Assembly: GCA_030754595.1 (NCBI GenBank)
Contig: JASLZZ010000074.1
Coordinates: 1-23,975 of the forward strand
DNA: 23,975 nucleotides
DNA from: Nitrospinota bacterium
GTDB taxonomy: Bacteria > UBA8248
Reading direction: 5' to 3'
A model generated the notes under the pieces. It was not told the DNA's origin. It made no database searches and was given only the letters and a program-made list of their open reading frames with translations. This document shows positions 16,935-23,975 of this stretch, one piece after another (the first letter of the stretch is position 1; each line of letters begins with the position of its first letter). A program made the position numbers and the translations under genes.

Positions 16935-16997
16935 CGGCCCCACCCGGGGCGGGGTCTGGAGCAGGACTTCGCCCGGGCGGGCCCCCGCCGGGGCCGT
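16935..16997. terminator. Long imperfect GC-rich stem-loop between convergent genes, possible terminator
   Basis: Outer arms CGGCCCC/GGGGCCG and inner arms CCCGGGGCGGGGTC/GACTTCGCCCGGG, followed by TTTTT on the + strand. Confidence 0.4.
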
Positions 16998-16999
16998 TT

Positions 17000-17986
17000 T
17001 TAGGAGCCGAGCCCGAGCAATTTCATCGCGGTTCCGCTCCGTATCTTCTCTTTTTCATCCTCCGGCAGATCGAGCGCCTCGATGTCGGCGACGCAGCTGT
17101 CCATCTCGCCCATCGCCTGCGGATAGTCGCTCCCCAGCATCACCCGGTCCGGCCCCCAGCGCTCGACGGCGAACTGGAGCGCCTCGCGCTCGAAGGCCAC
17201 CGAGTCGATATAGAGGTTCTTGAGGTACTCGCTCGGCGGCTTCGAGATGAACTCGCTGCAGGGCGCGTGGGTCCTGAAACCCTTGTCGAGACGCCCGAGC
17301 GAATAAGGGATGAGGCCCCCGATGTGGGGGACCACCACCTTGAGGTCGGGCACCGCCTCGAAGAGCCCGCTGAAGGCGAGCCGCGCCGCCGTCAGCGCGC
17401 TCTCGAAGAGAACGCCCAGCACCGTCTGGAGCCAGAAATCGCGCATCTGGTCCGCCCCGGGCGGCAGGAACGGGTGAAGGAACACGGGGATATCAAGCTC
17501 CGCCGCGCGCTCATAGAACGGCCAGAGCTCGCGGCCGTGAATCGGGTTTCCGTCGATGCTGGTGATGAGATAGACGGCCCTGAAGCCGAGTTTTTCGACG
17601 GCGCGCTCAAGCTCCCCGATGGCGAGCCTCGTGTCCTGGAGGGGAACGGTGCAGGCGGCGGCGAAGCGGTCCGGGTATTGGGAGACAACCCCGGCAAAGG
17701 CGTCGTTCACCGCCCGGGAGAGGGCGAGCCCCGCCTCGGGCTCCCAGAGATAGACGTGGGGCATGGTGAGGGAGAGCATCTGCATATCAACTCCGCATGC
17801 GTCCATGTCCTTTATCCGGAGCGCGGGGTCGAGCTGGGCCGGGCTGATGTGGACGACCGGGGTGCCGCCGATGGTGAAAACCCGCTTCCCGCCGCCATCC
17901 TCTACGAGCCGCACCTTTCCCCCTAGGCGGTCGACCTCGTCCAGGTAGGCTTGGGGGTAGAAATGGTTGTGGATATCGATTCGCAT
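17000..17986 (-). CDS. Amidohydrolase_2 family protein (ACMSD-like decarboxylase/hydratase)
   Basis: MRIDIHNHF (HxH), VND.FA, PDRF, PVFLHP, PHIGGLIPY..GRLD, MLGSDYP; start at ATG 17986 after GGGAGG. Confidence 0.92.
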   Translation of the reverse strand: MRIDIHNHFYPQAYLDEVDRLGGKVRLVEDGGGKRVFTIGGTPVVHISPAQLDPALRIKDMDACGVDMQMLSLTMPHVYLWEPEAGLALSRAVNDAFAGVVSQYPDRFAAACTVPLQDTRLAIGELERAVEKLGFRAVYLITSIDGNPIHGRELWPFYERAAELDIPVFLHPFLPPGADQMRDFWLQTVLGVLFESALTAARLAFSGLFEAVPDLKVVVPHIGGLIPYSLGRLDKGFRTHAPCSEFISKPPSEYLKNLYIDSVAFEREALQFAVERWGPDRVMLGSDYPQAMGEMDSCVADIEALDLPEDEKEKIRSGTAMKLLGLGS

Positions 17987-18121
17987 CGCGCCTGCGACCT
18001 CCCTTCGTTTTAAGGCGATTGACTGGCGGGACAAGGTATCCGAAAGACGGGCCACCCTCAATTCGCAAGAAACATCCCGCCGCGCGCTGTGCGCCCACGG
18101 AGGGCGTGTTGCGCCCTCATG

Positions 18122-18130
18122 TGCTATAAA
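18122..18130 (+). promoter_or_regulatory. Extended -10 element TGcTATAAA upstream of the SDR gene
   Basis: Same motif as upstream of tyrS; preceded by the inverted repeat GAGGGCG-TGTTG-CGCCCTC. Confidence 0.45.
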
Positions 18131-18177
18131 GCGGCATATAAATACGTTATCCTGACCCAAATGAGGAGATCAGTTCC

Positions 18178-18984
18178 GTGGCGGATTCCGACCTGAAGGG
18201 AAAATGGGCCCTCATCCTGGGGGCAAGCAGCGGTTTCGGCGGGACGACCGCCGAGCGCCTCTCGCGTGAGGGGATGAACATCTTCGGCGTTCACCTCGAC
18301 CGGAAGGCCACCCTGTCCAACGCCGAGAAGATTCAAGACGATATCCGCGCCAACGGCGCCGAGGCCGTTTTCTTCAACGTCAACGCCGCGGCCCAAGACA
18401 CCCGCGACGACGTAATCTCCCAGATGAAGGACCGCCTCGGCGGCGAGGCCGCCGGGGGCGTCCGCGTCCTTCTGCACAGCTTGGCCTTCGGCGCCCTTAA
18501 GCCCTACATCACCGAGGAGTCTGACGGCGCCATCTCGGCCAAGCAGATGGACATGACCCTCGACGTCATGGCTCACAGCCTCGTCTATTGGTCCCAGGAT
18601 CTCATCCGGAACGGCCTCATGACCAAGGGCGGGCGCATCCTCGCGATGACCAGCTCGGGCGGCCACCGTATCTGGCCGAGTTACGGCGCCGTCTCGGCCG
18701 CAAAGGCCGCCCTCGAAAGCCACATCCGCCAGTTGGCCTTCGAGCTGGCGGACAAGGAGATTACAGCCAACTGCGTCCAGGCGGGCGTCACCGACACCCC
18801 TGCTCTCCGGAAAATTCCGGGAAACGTAGCGATGCTCGAAAAAGCCCAGCAGGTGAACCCCCACGGCAGGCTCACCACCCCCGAAAACGTCGCCGACGCT
18901 ATCGCCACCTTCGCCTGCGATGGAACCCGGTGGATGACGGGCAACACCATCCGCGTGGACGGCGGCGAGGACATCACCGGCTGA
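18178..18984 (+). CDS. SDR family oxidoreductase, FabL-like enoyl-ACP reductase type
   Basis: LILGASSGFG, YGAVSAAKAALE (Y-x6-K spacing of enoyl reductases), GVTDTPAL, WMTGNTIRVDGG; GAGGAG SD before the GTG start. Confidence 0.9.
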   Translation: MADSDLKGKWALILGASSGFGGTTAERLSREGMNIFGVHLDRKATLSNAEKIQDDIRANGAEAVFFNVNAAAQDTRDDVISQMKDRLGGEAAGGVRVLLHSLAFGALKPYITEESDGAISAKQMDMTLDVMAHSLVYWSQDLIRNGLMTKGGRILAMTSSGGHRIWPSYGAVSAAKAALESHIRQLAFELADKEITANCVQAGVTDTPALRKIPGNVAMLEKAQQVNPHGRLTTPENVADAIATFACDGTRWMTGNTIRVDGGEDITG

Positions 18985-18994
18985 GGCCGGCCCG

Positions 18995-19309
18995 ATGAGC
19001 GGTCTGTGCTGGCGCGCCCGCGCGGGCCTCGTCCTCGTCCTTTTCAGCGCCTTTCTTTTGTTCTTTCAACTGGCCTCCCCTCCCGGCCCCCCGGCCTCTG
19101 GCGGGCCCGCCTACTTCGACCTTCGCCTGATGGGCAGATCCTTGCTGCGCATTCCGGCCAGCGGCGAGGGCCTGGCGGCCGCCCTGCGCGCCAAGCGGTT
19201 TTTCATCGCCCTCCTCCCCTTGGCCGGCGGCGCGTTCCTTCTGTTTCTGGACACCGAGGCGGGCGGACGGCTCGAAAAATTCATACGCGATCACCTCGGC
19301 GAGGACTAA
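18995..19309 (+). CDS. Small hypothetical membrane protein
   Basis: Starts 10 nt after the SDR stop, two hydrophobic segments, ends just before a terminator. Confidence 0.6.
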   Translation: MSGLCWRARAGLVLVLFSAFLLFFQLASPPGPPASGGPAYFDLRLMGRSLLRIPASGEGLAAALRAKRFFIALLPLAGGAFLLFLDTEAGGRLEKFIRDHLGED

Positions 19310-19347
19310 AGGATCGGCCGGGCCCCCTCGGTTTCGCTCCCCAACAG

Positions 19348-19390
19348 AAAAACCCCGTCCCGCTGACACGCGGGACGAGGTTTTGTTTTC
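19348..19390. terminator. Bidirectional rho-independent terminator
   Basis: AAAAACCCCGTCCCGC-TGACAC-GCGGGACGAGGTTTTGTTTT between convergent genes. Confidence 0.8.
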
Positions 19391-19422
19391 GGCGGTGCGT
19401 CCGGTGGATACGGCCCTGAAAT

Positions 19423-20613
19423 CTACTTCTTGCGCCGCTTACCCTTCCGGGTGATGTCGCCCTCGGGCGTATTCTTCTTGGCCGGCTGACCGGCCATTCC
19501 CGGGAACTTGAGCAGGTTCTTCTTCGCGTCGATGCCGGCGAGCCTGGCCAGAGTGCCGCCCAGGAAGGCCGCCTTGTTCGCCTTGGTGATCTGCGGATAA
19601 CCGTAATTCTCCTGAAGCTCCTCGGGGATGCTCAGCTTGAGGACGGCCTCGACCGCCTGGTGCGGGTCCGAGGCGGGCCAGTCGCTGCCCCATATGAAGC
19701 GGTCGTGTCCGGCGATCTGGATCGTCGTGCCCACCATGTGAGCGAAGCGGTGCGGGGCGCGCATGAGCCAGGGCAGGAGAATCGAGTAGCTGACGTAAAT
19801 CTCGGGGTGCTTCCACATGAGCATAACGAGCTCTTCCCACTGCGGATAACCACCGTGGTAGGCAACAATCTTGAGGTCCGGAAAATCGGAGGCCACCTCG
19901 TCGAGCAGGATGGGGAGGGTATAGCGCGTCGGTCCCATCCGGATTGTGATGCCGGTGTGAAAAAGGGCGACGATACCCCTGTCCTGGCACATCTCGTAGA
20001 CCGGCCAGAGCCGGCGATCGTTAATCGGGCAGTCCTCGGGCTGATAGAATTTCGTGAACTTGAAGTTGTAGTTGTCGTGGAGATATTCCATCTCCCAGAG
20101 GATGTCTTTCATCTTGCGCTTCGAGAAAGGCCCCACGTTCGAGACGCCGATGACGCGGTCCGGGTATTTCTCGATGGCGTCGATGACGTGCTGGTTCGTC
20201 GAAAACGGCGCGCTGTCGCCAGCCGTGTCGATGAACGACTCCCGCATAAGAGCGATCTGGTCCACCCCTGAGCGGTTCATGTCGGTGATGATCCTGTCGA
20301 TACTCCAGTTCATGCCCGGATGGATGGCGGTGGGCTTTCCGGTGCGGTGATCGACCCACTGCCACCAGTTGCACATCTTGTGGGCGTACTCGAAGGTCTT
20401 TGTGCCCTCGAAATACTGGATAAAGCGCCGATAATCCTCGGGCATGACGTGCACTTCGCAGTCGAGGATGTAGTAATCGTTCGCCGTCTCGCCCGTCTCG
20501 GGGTTCTCGGGCAGAGGCATTTTGGTGTCGAACTCGGGGGGCTTCGGGGCGGTGGATCGTTTTTTCGCCGCCTTCTTCTTCGTCTTGGCTTTCGACTTCG
20601 CCCTGCTGACCAT
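19423..20613 (-). CDS. Amidohydrolase_2 family protein with Lys/Arg-rich N- and C-terminal tails
   Basis: ILDCEVH, TN.HV..AIEKYPDR, KFYQP, LFHTG, LDEVASDFPDLKIVAYHGGYP, FIWGSDWP; start at ATG 20613 after GGGAGGAG. Confidence 0.9.
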   Translation of the reverse strand: MVSRAKSKAKTKKKAAKKRSTAPKPPEFDTKMPLPENPETGETANDYYILDCEVHVMPEDYRRFIQYFEGTKTFEYAHKMCNWWQWVDHRTGKPTAIHPGMNWSIDRIITDMNRSGVDQIALMRESFIDTAGDSAPFSTNQHVIDAIEKYPDRVIGVSNVGPFSKRKMKDILWEMEYLHDNYNFKFTKFYQPEDCPINDRRLWPVYEMCQDRGIVALFHTGITIRMGPTRYTLPILLDEVASDFPDLKIVAYHGGYPQWEELVMLMWKHPEIYVSYSILLPWLMRAPHRFAHMVGTTIQIAGHDRFIWGSDWPASDPHQAVEAVLKLSIPEELQENYGYPQITKANKAAFLGGTLARLAGIDAKKNLLKFPGMAGQPAKKNTPEGDITRKGKRRKK

Positions 20614-20869
20614 TTTTCTCCTCCCGTTGAAAACAATGAAAAATTCCGATGGGTCCCGGCTGCCCGGGGCATTGTGAAATCCACCGCCCAAAGGCGATTG
20701 ACTCGCGCGAATTCGCGCTCCGGACGTCACAACTTCCCTGAAAAATCAGACTGTCCATATGGTAGGTCGCGGAAGAGGAACTGTAAAGAGGGAGCGGGCG
20801 TAGCGGAGAAGTCACCGCACGCACGCCCTCTCAAACGACCGGCCGGAAGGGGGCGGCGGAGCCGTGGAT

Positions 20870-21415
20870 TTATTTTCCGATCGCGAACTTGTCTCCCGGG
20901 TTTAAAGCGATGACCTTGGCCGGATAGCCGCCCAGCGCCTTGACGAGATGAGCTGGCCTGCCCTTGAGGAGGCCGAAGGTGCCGTAGTGCATGGGGATGA
21001 CGTTCTTCACCTTGAGCAGCTTGCTAATCGCGTAGGCCGCGTGGGCCGGGTCCATGGTGAAGTGCCCGCCTATGGGCAGGAGGGCGAAGTCGGGCTTGTA
21101 GTATTCGCCGATGAGTTTCATGTCGCCGAAAACGCCGGTGTCGCCCGCGTGGTAAATCGTGTAGCCGTCCTCGAGGCGGATGATGTAGCCCGAGGGCTCC
21201 CCGTCGGGGTGGACGGTGCGTTTTTTTATTTTGGGGTCGCGGCTGACGACCTCGGAACTGTGCTCGGCACGGACCATGGTAATCGTGATTCCAGGGCCGA
21301 GGGGCTTGATCGGGCCGCTCTTGTTGAAACGAATGAGGCGCTTGTAGGGCACCCTGCCCAGCTGGGCGAAGGTGTGCCCCATGTCGGCGTTCATGGCCAC
21401 CTTCGGGGTGTGGTT
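20870..21415 (-). pseudogene. 5'-truncated UPF0173/UlaG-like metal-dependent hydrolase (MBL fold)
   Basis: Retains AEHSS, GEPSGYII, TIYHAGDTGVFGDM, LLPIGGHFTMDP..AA and VIPMHYGTF, but has no N-terminal HxHxDH motif in any frame and no room for it before the upstream gene. Confidence 0.8.
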
Positions 21416-21419
21416 GTGG

Positions 21420-21525
21420 GACCTCGCCGTTTTGATCCGGCAGGTCCGGGAACATAACGCCCGGGTGGAGGCCGAAATTCTCGCGCCGGCGCTTGTGCAG
21501 GAAAGCACCCCCTAGAGAGGGGCAT
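21420..21525 (-). pseudogene. Remnant 5' end of a probable AhpC/TSA/redoxin-family gene
   Basis: GGAGGGGG SD and ATG 21525; a shifted frame reads AFLHKRRRENFGLHPGVMFPDLPDQNGEV with GC-rich third positions, resembling the redoxin N-terminal G..fPdf.LpDqnGe.v motif. Confidence 0.45.
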
Positions 21526-21543
21526 GAATCCCCCTCCGGCTCT

Positions 21544-23133
21544 TTATTTTCCGAGTTTCTCTTCCCAGTCGAGATAATCTTGCATGGCGGAGGGGCCGAT
21601 GTCGTAGGGCTTGAGCGCCACGTCGAGCACCGGGCCCTCGAATCCCTCGTCCCCTTCCTCGAGGGGCAGACTGTCTTCGCGCCAGGCCTCTTTTCCCCCC
21701 TCGACGAAAGCGGCTCCGGTGTAGTCCATCCCGGCGAGGGTAGCGGCTGAGAGGGCCGAACGCGCGCCATCCTCGCAGATCAGAACAACCGGCCTCGAGC
21801 GATCCGGACACATCGAAGGCGCGCGCTCCTCGAGCCACGCCCTGGACACCCACCGCGAACCCGAGACATGCCCCGCCCGGAACGAGAGAGAGAGATCGAC
21901 ATCAAGAATTTCGGTCCCTTCTTCGGCCAACTTAAGGGCCTCTTCCGGAGAGAAGGCCCTCACAGCAGCCCGCGCCGCCGCCAGACCGAGCGGCTCCCCG
22001 CCCACCGATGGGCTCTCCCTGTCGGCGGATAATCCGGAAGCGTACACGGAAAGTCCCGCCGCCTCCCACGCGGCGAGCCCTCCCTTCAGGTAAAAAACCC
22101 GCTCCAGCCCTATCCGTCGAAGCCAGTAGGCCGTCATTGTCGCGCGGGCGTTCGCGTCGCAATAGGTGACGAAGGCGGCGGCTCGGACGGCTGCCACCTC
22201 GTCGGTCCGCTGGACAGCCTGGCCGCCCGGAATCGAGATGGCCCCCGGAATGTGTCCCCGCCCGAACTCGGGAGCGAGGCGGACATCGAGAAGGTAAAGC
22301 GTCTCGTTGCCGGATTTTTCCTGAAGCCCTAGAAGCTCTTCGGGCGATACCGAGGGTATTCCCTCCTCCTCCGCCAGGCGCGCGGCAAGTACCTCGCCGT
22401 GGGCGCGGCTGCGGCCCGAGGGCCGCGGAATCTCGCTCCTCTCCCCGTAGGTAAGGGGGAGGCCCGCGAGAATGAAACCCATCCCGCCGTTCCGGAGGGC
22501 GCGGGCATTCTTGATCCCCAGCCGGTGGAGTCCGCCCGCCCCGATGATGCTCCGCGTGCGCCCGGCGCAGTTGATGATAAGCAGAGTGGTCTTATCCTGA
22601 TCAAGATCCCAGGCGTGAAGGATAAGCTCGCCGCCGGGAAGGCTCACCCCGGTCGGAATCGCGAAACGCTCGTACTCCGCCACGGTGCGAGAGTCGAAGA
22701 TACGGTGTGAATCGTCGCTCTCGATCAGCGCGTGAAGCTCCTCCGCCTCGATTTCGGGGATGCCGTCCTCGTGAAGGACCCGCTCGCCGAACTCTTTGCT
22801 GGGGACGTTCGTACCGCTCACCGTGGGAAGACCGGCCGCCTTCCAGGCCGGGAGGCCGCCCGCGAGAAGCGTAGCGCCGGTGTAGCCGTGCGCCTCCAGG
22901 GTCTCGGCGCACCGCGCCGCGCGGCCACGGCCGCCATCCACAATCGCCAGCGGGGTGTCCTTCACCGGAACGAGGACGGCGATTCGAAACTCGAGCCAAC
23001 CTCGGGGCAGATTCGTCGAGCGGTGGATTTGCTCCTGGTTGAACTCCATGGGCTCGCGCACATCGACGACGGCGTGAGGGCCCCCTCCCGCCATCATTGA
23101 TTTGAGCTCTACAAGGGAGATGGTTTCGGCCAT
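21544..23133 (-). CDS. Multi-domain (about four) rhodanese-like sulfurtransferase
   Basis: Repeated DVRE/DSR/DVR/DVD...GH-P-G/S units and GGL.AW.AAGL ends; SGTNVPSKEFGE, NCAGRTRSIIGA (candidate catalytic Cys), MQDYLDWE C-terminus. Confidence 0.92.
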   Translation of the reverse strand: MAETISLVELKSMMAGGGPHAVVDVREPMEFNQEQIHRSTNLPRGWLEFRIAVLVPVKDTPLAIVDGGRGRAARCAETLEAHGYTGATLLAGGLPAWKAAGLPTVSGTNVPSKEFGERVLHEDGIPEIEAEELHALIESDDSHRIFDSRTVAEYERFAIPTGVSLPGGELILHAWDLDQDKTTLLIINCAGRTRSIIGAGGLHRLGIKNARALRNGGMGFILAGLPLTYGERSEIPRPSGRSRAHGEVLAARLAEEEGIPSVSPEELLGLQEKSGNETLYLLDVRLAPEFGRGHIPGAISIPGGQAVQRTDEVAAVRAAAFVTYCDANARATMTAYWLRRIGLERVFYLKGGLAAWEAAGLSVYASGLSADRESPSVGGEPLGLAAARAAVRAFSPEEALKLAEEGTEILDVDLSLSFRAGHVSGSRWVSRAWLEERAPSMCPDRSRPVVLICEDGARSALSAATLAGMDYTGAAFVEGGKEAWREDSLPLEEGDEGFEGPVLDVALKPYDIGPSAMQDYLDWEEKLGK

Positions 23134-23163
23134 TTCCGGCTCCTCTGGCGCCCCCGGGCGAGC

Positions 23164-23975
23164 CTAGCGGGAGGGAATTCCCGCCCCGCGGCGGAGGACT
23201 TCGATTATGGAGGCGGTGTCCCACTGGCCCTGGCCGTTCGCCTCGGCGGAGACGAGTATCTGCTTGAGCGCTGCGGTCAGCGGCATGGGGGAGCCCATAT
23301 TCTGGCCCTGCTCCAGCATGAGGCCGACGTCCTTGTGGTGCTGAAAAAGGCGCGACATCGGATCCTCGTAGTGGGCCTTGATCATCCGCTCGCCCCGGTT
23401 CTCCATCGCCTTGCTGTAGGCAAAGCTGTCCTTGAGAACGGTGAGGAAGGTTTCCATGTCCATGCCCGCCTTCATCCCGAGGCAGAGGCCCTCGGCCACT
23501 GCCCTACGGTTGATCCCGAGGATGAGATTCACGATGAGTTTGGTCCGCGCACCGGCCCCGTTGGCCCCGAGGTGATAGACCGAGCGGGCGAATCGCTCGA
23601 GAATGGGCCTGGCTCGGTCGAAATCGGCCGCTTCACCGCCGACCATGGCGACTATATTCCTAGATCGGATCATCGGGCTCGAACCGCTCAGACTGGCGTC
23701 CACGAAGGCGATGCCGTGCCCCTTGAGCTTTTCGGCGTTTGCGATGGAATCCTCGGGCCGCGAGGTCGAGGTATCGATGACCAGAAGACCCTCAGACTTC
23801 GCCCCGACAAGCCCGCCGGATCCAAAACAGACCTCGCGGATAATGTCGCTCGTCATCAGGGAAAGAATCACTGCCTCGGCGCCCTCGGCCGCGGCCCCCG
23901 GCGAGGCGGCCGCACGCACGCCGCGTTCCTCGAGTTCGTTCAGACGCTGCGCGTCGATATCGAATCCCTAGACCT
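23164..23975 (-). pseudogene. NAD(P)-dependent oxidoreductase, 3-hydroxyisobutyrate/6-phosphogluconate dehydrogenase family; 5' end beyond the window, in-frame TAG at 23968-23970
   Basis: IDTSTS, FVDASLSGS, MVGG, GAGARTKLIVN (catalytic Lys) and KDVGL motifs; upstream of the ORF-track start the frame reads V*GFDIDAQRLNELEERGVRAAASP. Confidence 0.8.

Noticed and set aside
524..23970. Genome-wide TAG reassignment (Gln) or pyrrolysine decoding as the explanation for the two in-frame ambers
   Set aside because: TAG is the terminator at the expected C-terminal position of tyrS, coaD, the EamA, M24 and MBL genes and others here, and no pyl genes or suppressor tRNA are visible in the window
335..23971. 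Numerous long antisense and alternate-frame ORFs in the track (for example 3726-5297 minus, 2215-3312 minus, 13105-14085 plus, 16871-17926 plus)
   Set aside because: They shadow well-supported genes, lack motifs, and are expected from stop-codon scarcity in GC-rich coding DNA

Overview
GC-rich bacterial chromosomal segment of roughly 21 genes, with no rRNA, tRNA, CRISPR array or recognisable mobile element. Housekeeping genes (tyrS, a coaD-aspC operon with two coupled hypothetical genes, moaB, a FabL-like SDR) are interspersed with transporters (GlpT/OPA-like MFS, EamA), an AAA+ ATPase, two secreted hypothetical proteins and several catabolic-type enzymes (M24 peptidase, MDR dehydrogenase, MBL-fold protein, two amidohydrolases, a multi-domain rhodanese, a 3-HIBADH-family oxidoreductase). 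The left end holds a lower-GC EEP nuclease gene. Three points stand out. (1) Four genes are broken: two in-frame amber stops, both in a CTAGG context suggesting C>T at CCAGG (Dcm-type) sites, one -1 frameshift, and a chimeric redoxin/MBL-hydrolase deletion scar. (2) A putative operon (secreted CC-motif protein, MDR, MBL fold) encodes enzymes with rewired metal sites. (3) One amidohydrolase carries basic, histone-like tails at both ends. All functional calls come from motif recognition by eye; no database searches were run.
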